A DNA stretch of 62,388 nucleotides from Sphingobacteriia bacterium (lineage in GTDB: Bacteria; Bacteroidota; Bacteroidia; NS11-12g; UBA955): NCBI GenBank assembly GCA_021151535.1, contig JAGKXC010000003.1, forward strand, positions 1 through 62,388. The letters are read 5' to 3'. A program made the position numbers and the translations under genes. Under the pieces are notes generated by a model that saw only the letters and a list, made by a program, of their open reading frames with translations, made no database searches and was not told the DNA's origin. Each line of letters starts with the position of its first letter. Position 1 is the first letter of the stretch. Positions 18,906 through 29,217 of this stretch are shown one piece after another.

Positions 18906-21900
18906 ATGAATAGATTTATACCCAACTTACTTTTACCAAGGCGGTTAGCTTTTTTTGTGATGTTGCTACTTGTGGGCATCTTGCAATTAAATGCGGCTAA
19001 CTTGTATGTAGCCAAAACGGGAAATGATGCCAATGCTGGAACTTCGGCTGGATCGCCATTTCTTACGATTAAAAAAGCAGTTAATACTGCGGTTTCTGGT
19101 GATGTAATTTACATTGGCGATGGCGCATATGTGGATTCAATCCGTTTAACGAAATCATTAACTTTTGTGGTAGACTCAGTGCAACTGAGTGTTTTACATT
19201 TAAACACTGCTGGAGTGAAATTGACGGTTAATGGAACTGGAACCTACAAATCGTTCAATATCAAAGATTCTTTGGTTTTGAATAATGGAATTGTAGTGGT
19301 AAATTCTTCATTAAATGCATTTAGGGCTTTAAGTACGTGTAGTATAAAGGGGGGGAACAACAACAGTTTTGTGGATGGTAGATTATATGTAGGAAAAACC
19401 AATGGCGTGATGGATATTACTTATCCCATTGGTAAAGGTTCTACTTATCGCCCTGTGAGATTAACATTTACAAAATCCGATGGAACATTAACCTATTACT
19501 ATTTTGATTTTCAAACAGGCACAGCTAGCAGTCCTGGCGCATTGCCTGCAGGAATTAGGAATTATTCATCTGTAGATTATTATCAATCAGGAATCTTGCC
19601 TACTGGAGCGTTGAATAGTTCCAGTTTCCAAGTAACATTGAATTACGATTCAATTGTTAACTTAGATGATCGTGTTTATGATAAAGCCAATTTACGTGTA
19701 ATCGGTTATCCAACAGCAGGAAGCTGGGCAAGTTATGGTCCTACTACTGGCGGTTCCGCCAACAGAAAAGGCACTGTTGTAACAACGGCTGGTTCTGTTT
19801 CTAAATTAGGGGTTTTTACATTGGCTAACGCATATACCTTAACAACCACAGAAAGAAAATCAGGCACCAATACATTGGGCTCTGACTCGGTTTATGCAGC
19901 ATGGAAGATTAGCGCGGGTCGTTGCACCAATGACTCTATTCGCTTTCAGGATTTATCCCGTTCTGTAACTTCAACCATCCAATCTTATAACTGGAATTTT
20001 GGTGATCCAACTTCTTTGTCAAATACTTCTATATTGAGAAACCCAGCACATAAATTTACAAGTGCAGGTACATTCCGCGTTAGTTTGGTTGTGTTAAATG
20101 CAGGTGGTTATTTAGACTCTTGGGTTGAATTTATCACCGTAAACCAATCACCTATTATTGTAAGAACAATTCCTAAAATTTGTTTTGGTGAGGCAGCGGT
20201 ATTTTTAGATAATTCTATCGCTCCAACCATTTCAGATATAGCTTCTTGGTCTTGGGATATGGGCGATGGTCCTCCATCTACCAAATACACAACCAGAAAT
20301 GTAACCCATACTTATTTGCAAGCTGGCGTATTCAAAATTATGGAATACGTTACGGCTAAAAACGGTTGTGTTACAAAAGATACTTTTGATTTTGTGGTTC
20401 ACAATAAACCAGCAGTAGATTTTTCTGCATCTGATGTTTGTTTGGGTATGCAGAATGTATTCGTGGATAATTCTACTGTTGATGCTCCCGATAAAGTTAA
20501 GTCGCGCACCTGGTACATGGGCGATGGACAAACATTTGTTGGCATTACGGCCCTTCAGTATAAAACCATCACAAAGAAATATGCTGCTGCAGGTTTGTAT
20601 CAGGTGAAAGAAATTGTATATTCTGATTTTCAGGGCACAAAAGGTTATTGTAGAGATTCTTTAACAAAAACAGTGCGTGTATATCAACTTCCAACGGTTA
20701 AGTATGAGCAATCAAAAACTTGTTTTGAAGAGACCACCATTTTTACAGATAAATCGTATGTAGACCCTGCAGATTTTGCAAAGGCTTATTCATGGGCATT
20801 TGGCGATGCATCATTCGACACTACCATGTATGGCGCGTCTCATAAATACATGGCAGCGGGGGCATACAAGACAAGGTTAACCATAACTTCAAATGCAGGA
20901 TGCGTGAATTCCGATACATTAACTGTGTATGTTGATCCAAAGCCTAAGGCTGATTTTACGGCTAAAGCTGTTTGTTTCGGCGATTCAACTGTGTTAACGC
21001 ATATCCCTACCCCTGGAATTCCAGATACTAAAATCAAACAATATACTTGGAAGGTAGATACCATTTATAATTACTTTACCCCCGATGCGAAACATGGATT
21101 TGCCGCTCCCGGAACTTATCAAGTAAAATTGTATGTTGAAACCCAAAAGTTCTGTAGGGATTCAATGGAGCAAAAAGTGAAGTCTTACTATAAGCCTCAG
21201 ATTTACTTTGACTTAGATAAGACCATCACACCAAACGATTCTCAACAATGTTGGAAGTACAATAACTTCTATTTTAACAAAGTAGCAACAATTGATCCCA
21301 ATGATACTTTACTGAATACCATGTGGAGTTGGGGCGATGGACAAACAGAGATGCCGGCCAACAGTATCAACCACCATTTTGATAGTGTGAAAATTTACAC
21401 GGTGAAATTATATGGTATTAGTATTAATGGTTGTGCCGACAGTATTGAAAGAAAGTATGAGATTAAGCCTTCGCCGATTGCGAAATTCTATTATGTAGGG
21501 GATTGCGTTCCTGATTCGGTTGGATTTTTTGACACAGCTACCGTTTCTGTTCGCCCAATAGCTCAGAGAACTTGGGTAATTGAAGGTACAGAATACAAAA
21601 ACTTGAATCCTCCATTTAAGTATTATTATGCTACTGGTGGTGCTCAATCTGTTTCATACGTAGTTGTGAATGACACAGGTTGTGCTGATACCCAAATACA
21701 GAATTTCTCATTAACGCAAAAGCCTGTGTTGAATATTTTATTTAGTGGTTCAATGCCATTGTGCTTGGGTGATTCAATTGCAGTAAGCATTTCTGGTGCA
21801 GATACCATTACATGGTTGCATGATACCAGTCATCTAGCTAATCGTAATTTCTATGGAAAGGGTTGGTATAAGATTGCCGGTAAAACTGGCAATTGTACGG

Positions 21901-22433
21901 CAATTGATTCCATATTTGTACAAGCATTTCCTCCTTCAAAAATCAACGCATTTAATGATACCACCATCTATCGCGGCACCTATGCTAAGTTATGGACTGA
22001 TGGGGTAGCAAATTTCAAATGGACGCCAAAGGCGTTTGTATTGATAGATACTTTAAAGGTGGTTCAGGTTCGCCCGTTGGATACAACCATGTTCTATGTG
22101 TCTACGGTTGATACCAATGGTTGTGCATCAGTAGATTCGGTTAAAGTCAAAGTTATTGATCCTCCATTGGTGAGAATTCCGAATTTGATTACGCCCAATG
22201 GTGATGGAGAAAATGAATTCTGGGATTTAACAGAATTAAGACAGTACTGGATGTACGATATCACATTGAGCGATCGCCAAGGAAAACGCGTATTCTTCAC
22301 TTCGAATTATAAGAACGATTGGAGCGCATTAGACGCGGATGGAGGTGAAATGCCGGTGGGTGTTTACTTCTACTATATGAAACATCAAATAACAGGTGAA
22401 GAGTACAGAGGGTATATTCAAGTAATGAGATAA
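18906..22433 (+). CDS. T9SS type B CTD (gliding-motility-associated C-terminal domain) protein with multiple PKD domains
   Basis: Signal peptide; N-terminal LYVAKTGND...SPFLTIKKAV (DUF1565-like); about 7 PKD repeats (WNFGD, WDMGD, WYMGD, WAFGD, WSWGD); C-terminal IPNLITPNGDGENEFW...GVYFYY...GYIQVMR. Confidence 0.88.
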   Translation: MNRFIPNLLLPRRLAFFVMLLLVGILQLNAANLYVAKTGNDANAGTSAGSPFLTIKKAVNTAVSGDVIYIGDGAYVDSIRLTKSLTFVVDSVQLSVLHLNTAGVKLTVNGTGTYKSFNIKDSLVLNNGIVVVNSSLNAFRALSTCSIKGGNNNSFVDGRLYVGKTNGVMDITYPIGKGSTYRPVRLTFTKSDGTLTYYYFDFQTGTASSPGALPAGIRNYSSVDYYQSGILPTGALNSSSFQVTLNYDSIVNLDDRVYDKANLRVIGYPTAGSWASYGPTTGGSANRKGTVVTTAGSVSKLGVFTLANAYTLTTTERKSGTNTLGSDSVYAAWKISAGRCTNDSIRFQDLSRSVTSTIQSYNWNFGDPTSLSNTSILRNPAHKFTSAGTFRVSLVVLNAGGYLDSWVEFITVNQSPIIVRTIPKICFGEAAVFLDNSIAPTISDIASWSWDMGDGPPSTKYTTRNVTHTYLQAGVFKIMEYVTAKNGCVTKDTFDFVVHNKPAVDFSASDVCLGMQNVFVDNSTVDAPDKVKSRTWYMGDGQTFVGITALQYKTITKKYAAAGLYQVKEIVYSDFQGTKGYCRDSLTKTVRVYQLPTVKYEQSKTCFEETTIFTDKSYVDPADFAKAYSWAFGDASFDTTMYGASHKYMAAGAYKTRLTITSNAGCVNSDTLTVYVDPKPKADFTAKAVCFGDSTVLTHIPTPGIPDTKIKQYTWKVDTIYNYFTPDAKHGFAAPGTYQVKLYVETQKFCRDSMEQKVKSYYKPQIYFDLDKTITPNDSQQCWKYNNFYFNKVATIDPNDTLLNTMWSWGDGQTEMPANSINHHFDSVKIYTVKLYGISINGCADSIERKYEIKPSPIAKFYYVGDCVPDSVGFFDTATVSVRPIAQRTWVIEGTEYKNLNPPFKYYYATGGAQSVSYVVVNDTGCADTQIQNFSLTQKPVLNILFSGSMPLCLGDSIAVSISGADTITWLHDTSHLANRNFYGKGWYKIAGKTGNCTAIDSIFVQAFPPSKINAFNDTTIYRGTYAKLWTDGVANFKWTPKAFVLIDTLKVVQVRPLDTTMFYVSTVDTNGCASVDSVKVKVIDPPLVRIPNLITPNGDGENEFWDLTELRQYWMYDITLSDRQGKRVFFTSNYKNDWSALDADGGEMPVGVYFYYMKHQITGEEYRGYIQVMR

Positions 22434-22438
22434 TCAAA

Positions 22439-23848
22439 ATGAGAAAAGTAGCAATTTTAGGATTGGCGATTTGTGCCGCTTTAACGGCCAATGCACAAAT
22501 GGGTGCCAAGTTTGAGCAATATTATATGGATTTTTCAATGGTGAATCCTGCTGCCATGAATGCCCATAAAGACGGTCATATTTCACTTTTAGGAAATAGA
22601 ATGTTTTCCGCTGTTCCTGGCGGACCTCAACAAACCGTATTAAATTTCAACATGCCTGTACCTAGTAAGAATACAGGTTATGGTTTGTTTTATATGCGAG
22701 AAAGGGTTGGGTTTAGCGAAATGCATAATGCCTACGCATCTTACGTTTATTCTGTGCCGTTGGGTGGAACTACCAATCTAAACATGGGTGTAAGCGTGGG
22801 CGCGTTGAGACAGAGTTTTGATCTTTCCAAGGCAATTTATATGTCGGGCAATGATGATATCATTAAAAGTTTGATGATTGCACCTCCGGTTACAAGAGCT
22901 GATTTGCGTGCTTCGGCATTTATAAATGGCGATAACTGGTTTGGGGGATTGGCTATTTCTCGATTGTCTAATCCAACTTTTGATTATACGTATTATCAAT
23001 ATACGGCAACTTATCAATTGCAATCTCAATCTACTTTATTGTTGGGAGCGAATTTGGACGTTGGAGGAGATTTGGTAATCAAGCCATCGGTTTTGGTTTC
23101 AGGATATAACTGGGATTATTACCGTGTGCAGTTTAATGCTTCTGCTTGGTATCAAGATAAATTATGGATTGGATTTAACGCCAATGATATTGGTCAAATC
23201 GGCGGTAATATTGGATTTAAGCCACAACCTGATGTGAGAATTTCGTATTCTTACGTTACGCCAACGGGTTCTCAGCGCGTTGCATTGGGCAATACGCATG
23301 AGTTTCATACATTTATTGGATTTTCTGCATTGGGTGGCGGTTCGCGTAATAGTGGTTCGGGTTCTGGCGATGATGGTTCTGACAATACCAATGGTGATGG
23401 ATCAGACAATGGTGAAGATGGAGAAGGTGGAGCTAATTTGAACAGAACTGGTGGGAAAGGCGGCAATGGTGGTGCAGGTGAAGATGGTGGTAATAATGGA
23501 GGAACATTTAACCCAGATCGTTCAACTGTTACCGTGTTTAGCATTGAAGATTTGAGGAAAGCTGGTTTAGGTAGAGATACATCATTATTGAAACTTCAAG
23601 ATGTACCTAAAGTTAAGCCAGGCCCTGGATTTTACTTAGTTGCAGGCTTGCATACTAGTGAAGCAAAAGCCAACAAACATGTCAAGGATTTGTATAAGAA
23701 AGGTGTTATTGCTTTCAAATTCTACGATCCAACGAATAAGAGTTTCTACGTGTATTTGAAAGATTTTGCTACTGAGAATGAAGCAAATAAAGGCATGTTC
23801 TATTATGAAGCATCCGTACCTTCTGTTTGGGTGCGTGAGATAAAATAA
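22439..23848 (+). CDS. PorP/SprF-family T9SS membrane protein with a Gly-rich linker and C-terminal SPOR-like domain
   Basis: FEQYYMDFSMVNPA, GGPQ, YASYVY, IKPSVL, YQDKLWIG, ISYSY, GNTHEF. It lies immediately downstream of a type B cargo gene. Confidence 0.85.
   Translation: MRKVAILGLAICAALTANAQMGAKFEQYYMDFSMVNPAAMNAHKDGHISLLGNRMFSAVPGGPQQTVLNFNMPVPSKNTGYGLFYMRERVGFSEMHNAYASYVYSVPLGGTTNLNMGVSVGALRQSFDLSKAIYMSGNDDIIKSLMIAPPVTRADLRASAFINGDNWFGGLAISRLSNPTFDYTYYQYTATYQLQSQSTLLLGANLDVGGDLVIKPSVLVSGYNWDYYRVQFNASAWYQDKLWIGFNANDIGQIGGNIGFKPQPDVRISYSYVTPTGSQRVALGNTHEFHTFIGFSALGGGSRNSGSGSGDDGSDNTNGDGSDNGEDGEGGANLNRTGGKGGNGGAGEDGGNNGGTFNPDRSTVTVFSIEDLRKAGLGRDTSLLKLQDVPKVKPGPGFYLVAGLHTSEAKANKHVKDLYKKGVIAFKFYDPTNKSFYVYLKDFATENEANKGMFYYEASVPSVWVREIK
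23333..23503 (+). repeat. Gly/Asp/Asn-rich low-complexity linker in the PorP/SprF protein
   Basis: GGGSRNSGSGSGDDGSDNTNGDGSDNGEDGEGG...GGKGGNGGAGEDGGNNGG. Confidence 0.8.
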
Positions 23849-23860
23849 GAAATTTAAGAG

Positions 23861-24571
23861 TTACTGAGATTCAAAGGCGTTGTGGATGAGGTTACACCCC
23901 ATTTCCAGCGCCTTTTCTCTTATATCCTTGGGGTCGTTATATACCTCAGGGTCTTCCCAACCATTTCCCAAATCGCATTCATAATCATAAAAGCAAATTA
24001 GTCTATTTTGCCAGAACAAACCATATCCAACAGGTGGTTTACCATTATGCTCATGTACTTTTGGGAGGCCGTTTTTAAATGAGTAAGGCTTGTTGTAAAT
24101 AGGATGGCTGAATGGAACTTGAGTAAATGAAAGTTCGGGAAATACTTTTTTCATTTCTCTACGGATATAGGGGTCTAACCCGTAATTGTCGCATATATGC
24201 ATAAAACCACCGCCTAACAAGTATGTGCGAAGGTTTTGAACTTCGTTATCTTGTAGGATAATATTTCCATGACCGGTTAAAAAGATAAATGGATATTGAA
24301 ATAAATCTTCAGAGCCCAAATTCACAACGGCTTCCGTAGGGTTAATTTGGGTGCCGATATGGGAATTTGCATATTGGATGAGGTTTTTGAGCGCGGTTTT
24401 GGAGCTATACCAATCGCCACCGCCTTGGTACTGGACTCTGGCAATTTTTACTGGTTTAGGAGCTACTGATGTTGCAATAACGAGTATGGAAAGAAGAACC
24501 ATCGCCCGAAAAAACAAGAAAGGAGAGGGAGGAAAGGAGGCGCGAGATTGAAATGAAAATAGCTGTTTCAT
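23861..24571 (-). CDS. DUF4159 domain-containing protein
   Basis: KIARVQYQGGGDWY, YPFIFLTGHG, LRTYLLGGGF, DNYG, GLPKVHEH, DLGNGWED. Confidence 0.85.
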   Translation of the reverse strand: MKQLFSFQSRASFPPSPFLFFRAMVLLSILVIATSVAPKPVKIARVQYQGGGDWYSSKTALKNLIQYANSHIGTQINPTEAVVNLGSEDLFQYPFIFLTGHGNIILQDNEVQNLRTYLLGGGFMHICDNYGLDPYIRREMKKVFPELSFTQVPFSHPIYNKPYSFKNGLPKVHEHNGKPPVGYGLFWQNRLICFYDYECDLGNGWEDPEVYNDPKDIREKALEMGCNLIHNAFESQ

Positions 24572-24677
24572 TACTGCGAATTTACGAATTGATAATTGGG
24601 ATTAGGGTAATTTCAAATGAAATATAACATACCCAAATGAGTTGGGATTTCCTTAAAAATACGATGTTTGGTTTTGA

Positions 24678-25451
24678 TTACTTGACGAAATACCACCAAG
24701 TTAGGAATATCAACCCGATGGCAATTCTGTAGTAACCAAACAATTTGAATCCGTATTTTGATATGTAATCAATGAAGAATTTTATGGCGATAATAGCTGT
24801 AAAGAAACTGATTACAGATCCCCATCCGATTTCAATGATTTGCTTTTGATCTAACTTGTCGATGTCTTTCAGCATCTTATAACCTGCGGCAGCCGTGAGC
24901 GTTGGCAATGCGAGCAGGAATGAGAATTCTGTAGCTGCTTTTCTACTCAATTTGGTGTAAAGTCCGCCGGCGATACTACTAGCGCTTCTGCTAATTCCTG
25001 GAAGTGCAATGGCTAGACATTGGAAAAATCCAATTTTAAAGGCATCTAGATATGAAAGGTCAGAAATTTCTCTATCGCCCTCTGGGAAAAGTTTATCGAT
25101 ATAAAGGATAACAACGCCAAATACGATAAGATTAATTCCGGCAATCCAAGGAGCAGATAGCATGGCATCTAGGATATCGTCTAACAGCAATCCGAAAATG
25201 GCTGCTGGGATAAATCCCACAAATAAGATGGGGTACAATTTGATTGAATCTTTGGAGAAGAATCTTTTCCAATACAAGAATAGTACGCTAAGAATGGCAC
25301 CGAATTGAATGGCGATAATGAATGTGTTATTATCGTTAGGATTCATGCCCAGCCATTCTTTGGTGAGCATGAGGTGCCCGGTTGAGCTTACGGGCAAATA
25401 TTCGGTAATACCCTCAACTACGCTGAGGATAATATTTTCTAGCCAGGTCAT
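24678..25451 (-). CDS. uppP: Undecaprenyl-diphosphate phosphatase (BacA)
   Basis: VEGITEYLPVSSTGH, IQFGAIL, PGISRS, ATEFSFLLALP. Confidence 0.96.
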   Translation of the reverse strand: MTWLENIILSVVEGITEYLPVSSTGHLMLTKEWLGMNPNDNNTFIIAIQFGAILSVLFLYWKRFFSKDSIKLYPILFVGFIPAAIFGLLLDDILDAMLSAPWIAGINLIVFGVVILYIDKLFPEGDREISDLSYLDAFKIGFFQCLAIALPGISRSASSIAGGLYTKLSRKAATEFSFLLALPTLTAAAGYKMLKDIDKLDQKQIIEIGWGSVISFFTAIIAIKFFIDYISKYGFKLFGYYRIAIGLIFLTWWYFVK

Positions 25452-25454
25452 GAA

Positions 25455-25694
25455 TTATTTCTTCTTGTAGAAGATGGCGTAGATACCCAATATAAAACCG
25501 CTAATAACAACGATTGGAGCGATGGTAACTCTGCGTGCGTCGTAAATATCGCCTTCTGAACCTGTCATTAGGAAAAATCCGATAACCACAACTGCCAATG
25601 AGGCTGCGGTAAGGATATAGTTTTCTTTAGAGAAGATACTTGGTTGGCGATCTACAGTTTTGGTTTCTTTGGAGGGATTCTTTTTAGCGCTCAT
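25455..25694 (-). CDS. DUF3098 small membrane protein
   Basis: FSKENYIL...GFFLMTG...RVTIAPIVVISGF; conserved position between ftsX and uppP. Confidence 0.85.
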   Translation of the reverse strand: MSAKKNPSKETKTVDRQPSIFSKENYILTAASLAVVVIGFFLMTGSEGDIYDARRVTIAPIVVISGFILGIYAIFYKKK

Positions 25695-25696
25695 AA

Positions 25697-26554
25697 TCAA
25701 TATAAATTTTCGATTTTGGTATTAAGATAGCGGCGAGTACTTAACCAGCTGCCAATCATGGCCAAAAATACACCAAAAATAGAAACTGTACCACAAATTG
25801 TGATGAATTCTTCTATAGAAATATAAGTTGTAAAACTTCGAATGGCTTCTACTGGTAATCCATAAAATATGAAAGCCAAACTTCCAGACGATAAAGGTAT
25901 GGCGATGGCTGCATATTGCACAAAATTAAGCACATACGGACGAATGATGAAGCCAGGAGTTGCGCCAACTAGTTGCATTGATTTGATCAGGAAGCGATTT
26001 GCGAAAATCCCCATTCTGGTGGCACTTTGAATTAATACAATGGCAATTAGCAATAGGATTGCGGTTACACCAGCAGAAATCAATTGCAGTTTATGTACGT
26101 TGGTTGTCATGTTTTCAACCCAATTTCGTTGAAAAATAACTTGTTCAACTTGGGGCATTTTCTCCAACGACATGGCTTTTTTATCGATAAATGAGATATC
26201 GGCAAATTCGGATTTTGGATATACTTCGATGCTTAATGGCAGGGCAACATTTTCTGCGTAGGATAGAAATTCGGGGTCGTATTTTTCGGCCATTTCTTTT
26301 GAGCCTTCTTCAGCACTAATAAATTTGGTTTGTTTTACCCAATTTTCTCGTTGAAATTGCTTTTCAACGCGGAGTACTTCTGCTTTTGAAATGGAATCTT
26401 TAAAATAAATATCGATGGAGGAAGATTCCATTAAATGTTTGCTTAATCCATTAAATCCAACGAGTGAAATAGCCAATAAACCTAGCATAAACATCACGGA
26501 TGCAAGGGATAAAATGCTGGGCCAAGCACTGGGTTTCCGTCTTTTCTTTGCCAT
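25697..26554 (-). CDS. ftsX: Cell division permease-like protein FtsX
   Basis: Four TM segments, FISAEEG, LPLSIEV, RFLIKSMQLVGATPGFIIRPY, RRYL; ftsX-DUF3098-uppP synteny. Confidence 0.88.
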   Translation of the reverse strand: MAKKRRKPSAWPSILSLASVMFMLGLLAISLVGFNGLSKHLMESSSIDIYFKDSISKAEVLRVEKQFQRENWVKQTKFISAEEGSKEMAEKYDPEFLSYAENVALPLSIEVYPKSEFADISFIDKKAMSLEKMPQVEQVIFQRNWVENMTTNVHKLQLISAGVTAILLLIAIVLIQSATRMGIFANRFLIKSMQLVGATPGFIIRPYVLNFVQYAAIAIPLSSGSLAFIFYGLPVEAIRSFTTYISIEEFITICGTVSIFGVFLAMIGSWLSTRRYLNTKIENLY

Positions 26555-26922
26555 AGTTTTAACCACTACGAAGGTGCAAAGAGATTTTGAGAAAAGTATA
26601 CAACGTTTGTTTGAGTTTTCCCGTCTTTTCGGTGATGACTATTTAAAGCAACACGGTGTTAAAATTAGTGGGTTGATTTTGTTTGATGGGAAGAGTATGT
26701 TAAAGTTTAACCTACGGAATAAAAAATGAAGATAAAATGATATTAGTGGGTATTGCTAAAAAACTGAGGTTTTTAGGGCGATTGGCGATGATGAATTTGA
26801 GTAAAAGTATGAAATTAAGTAAAAAGAGTAACAAAATTAAAGAAAATCGATATGTATAGAATCCATTTTGTTGTGTTAAAGGGTTGTTTTTACTACTTTT
26901 GAAGGTTAAACGGGTTAATTCC

Positions 26923-29040
26923 ATGAAGAATAAAATTGCTGCGATACTGGCTTTGATGTTTTGGGTTGGTGGATTGTTTGCTGCTGAGCCAACAAAATCT
27001 GCTTCCAATGCAGCTGCTGGAACTATTACTTGTAATTCAGCTCAAATTACTTGGACCAATGGAGATGGGGGTTGGAGAATCGTAGTAGTGAAGGAAGCTT
27101 CTGCGGTAAATGGATCGCCAGTTGATGGAAATTCTTATTCAGCTTTTGCGAATTTTGGAACGGGTTCTCAATTGGGTACGGGCAATTATGTTTGTTTTAA
27201 CAACATTACCAATAACTTTACTTTAACGAATTTAAAGAATAATACTACTTACTATGTTGCTGTTTATGAGCATGATGGCATAGGCCCTGACTATATTTTA
27301 ACCAATCCGGCTACTTGTTCATTTACCACCAAAACTTTATCATTAGGATTTACTTATACAGTTGGAAAAGACAGCTGTCAGGGCACAAACAAAGTCAAAT
27401 TCACCAATACTACTACGGCCAATTATGGTGGAATAAAATATACTTGGTTTTTTGGCGATGCCACCCAAGATACAGGTTTAAATGTAAGTCATACCTATAA
27501 TAAAGGCGGAAGTTTTCAGGTGACCTTGGTTGCCAATCCTGCTAATAATTGTATTGACAATTATAACCATCCTAAGCAGGTTTTTATTGTTCCACGCCCA
27601 GTAGCCATTCCATTTGAAAAAAATAATGATACCATTCAATGTTTTGAAGGCCATGTTTTCCGATTGGATGATAAAACAACTTTAGCGAAGGTTCCAAAAT
27701 GTGCGTATATCAGAACTTGGTATTTTACACCAACCGATAGTGCAACCATTCCTAATCCGATTAAAACTTTTATTAAGAGTGGGAAATACCGTGTGTTTTA
27801 CAAAGCAGAGACATTATTCGATAACAACAGAACGGGTTGTACCGATACAACATCCATGGTTTTAGAAGTTGTACCCAATCCGTCAAGTGGTGTGAGTATA
27901 AATGATAGCATTCAATGTTTAAGTGGTAATTCATTTGTATTGGATAATAAGTTCCCCGGTTTAACAACTTTCTCTTGGGATTTTGGCGGCGGGAACGTGG
28001 TAAACACTAAATCTTGTTCAAAGTCATATGTGGCAACTGGCGTTTATCCTGTGATTCATAAAGCTACGAGTTCCATTGGATGCTCAAGTACAGATACCGT
28101 TTATTTGATTGTAAAGCCCAATGTAGACCCAAGTTATACGGGTTTGCCCGCAAAGGCCTGTCAAAATACATCTTCCATTACCTTAACTCCTGCTAATAAC
28201 AAGGGTAAGTTTTTTGGGGCTACATTTACTGGAACCACATTTACACCTACCAATGTTGGGGTTTTAAAAATCAAATATGTGGTTTCTGATTCCTTTTGCC
28301 CTGATTCTTCAGAGCAATCCATGATTGTGACCGCCGCACCGAAATTGAACTTGGGGAGAGATACAACCCTTTGTGATGGTGCTACAACGGATATCAATAT
28401 CACCAATCCCGGAAATGTTACTTGGAATGATGGAAATACATCCAATTTGAGAACCATTTCAGCAGCGGGAACCTATTGGGCTATTGTAGATGATAATGGA
28501 TGTAAAGCCGGTGATACCATCAAAATTCTATTGGATGTTTCTCCCCAAGTTACCCTGCCAACAGATACCTTGTTGTGCGGCGGTGCCATGTTGAAATTGT
28601 CTGTTCCGCCTTTTAATGGTAGTATTCTTTGGAGTACTGGTTCTAAAGATACTGTGATTTATGTTAGCTCTGCCGGTAATTATAAAGTAACCTTAACAAA
28701 CAAATGCGGAACTGCTTCCGATGATATTCAAATTAATGTAACTGCTGGAATGTGCGAGATTTTTGCACCTACTGCATTTACACCTAATGGCGATGGAAGG
28801 AATGATGTATTCCAAATTACAGGAAGAGGTATGATCCCAACTTGGTTGTTAATTTATAATCGTTGGGGTGAAATTATATACGATTCAAAAACTACAGGTG
28901 TTCACGATACTTGGGATGGCAGATACATGGGAGATTTGGTTCCAGATGGTATGTATAGTTATTTGTTCCGTTATGAAATTAGAACAGGTAGTCGTGTTCG
29001 TAGAAATACCGTGAAAGACATGGTGATTTTGATGCGATAA
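26923..29040 (+). CDS. T9SS type B CTD protein with an N-terminal FN3-like domain and PKD domains
   Basis: Signal peptide from ATG 26923 (preceded by TACTTTTG at 26894-26901); ITWTNGDG...LTNLKNNTTYYVAVYE; WFFGD/WDFGG PKD repeats; LNLGRDTTLC repeats; C-terminal APTAFTPNGDGRNDVF...IYNRWGE...WDG. Confidence 0.88.
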   Translation: MKNKIAAILALMFWVGGLFAAEPTKSASNAAAGTITCNSAQITWTNGDGGWRIVVVKEASAVNGSPVDGNSYSAFANFGTGSQLGTGNYVCFNNITNNFTLTNLKNNTTYYVAVYEHDGIGPDYILTNPATCSFTTKTLSLGFTYTVGKDSCQGTNKVKFTNTTTANYGGIKYTWFFGDATQDTGLNVSHTYNKGGSFQVTLVANPANNCIDNYNHPKQVFIVPRPVAIPFEKNNDTIQCFEGHVFRLDDKTTLAKVPKCAYIRTWYFTPTDSATIPNPIKTFIKSGKYRVFYKAETLFDNNRTGCTDTTSMVLEVVPNPSSGVSINDSIQCLSGNSFVLDNKFPGLTTFSWDFGGGNVVNTKSCSKSYVATGVYPVIHKATSSIGCSSTDTVYLIVKPNVDPSYTGLPAKACQNTSSITLTPANNKGKFFGATFTGTTFTPTNVGVLKIKYVVSDSFCPDSSEQSMIVTAAPKLNLGRDTTLCDGATTDINITNPGNVTWNDGNTSNLRTISAAGTYWAIVDDNGCKAGDTIKILLDVSPQVTLPTDTLLCGGAMLKLSVPPFNGSILWSTGSKDTVIYVSSAGNYKVTLTNKCGTASDDIQINVTAGMCEIFAPTAFTPNGDGRNDVFQITGRGMIPTWLLIYNRWGEIIYDSKTTGVHDTWDGRYMGDLVPDGMYSYLFRYEIRTGSRVRRNTVKDMVILMR

Positions 29041-29217
29041 GTTTCGACTCACACCGGTTAACTTTCTCAAATGTACAGTTAACATCAATCGCCCGGTTTA
29101 ACTTTTTAGTCTGTAGCTTGGGAAAACTGAGTATTTCTTAATTTTTTTCAAAAAAAACACCTTTGAGAATAAATTGTGTTTTATTCCTTGGGGTTTGGTG
29201 TCTACTTTTGCAGTAAG

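Noticed and set aside
26567-26890. Long AT-rich gap with short ORFs and A-rich pseudo-repeats
   Set aside because: It is consistent with a divergent promoter region and has no regular repeat unit or credible CDS.
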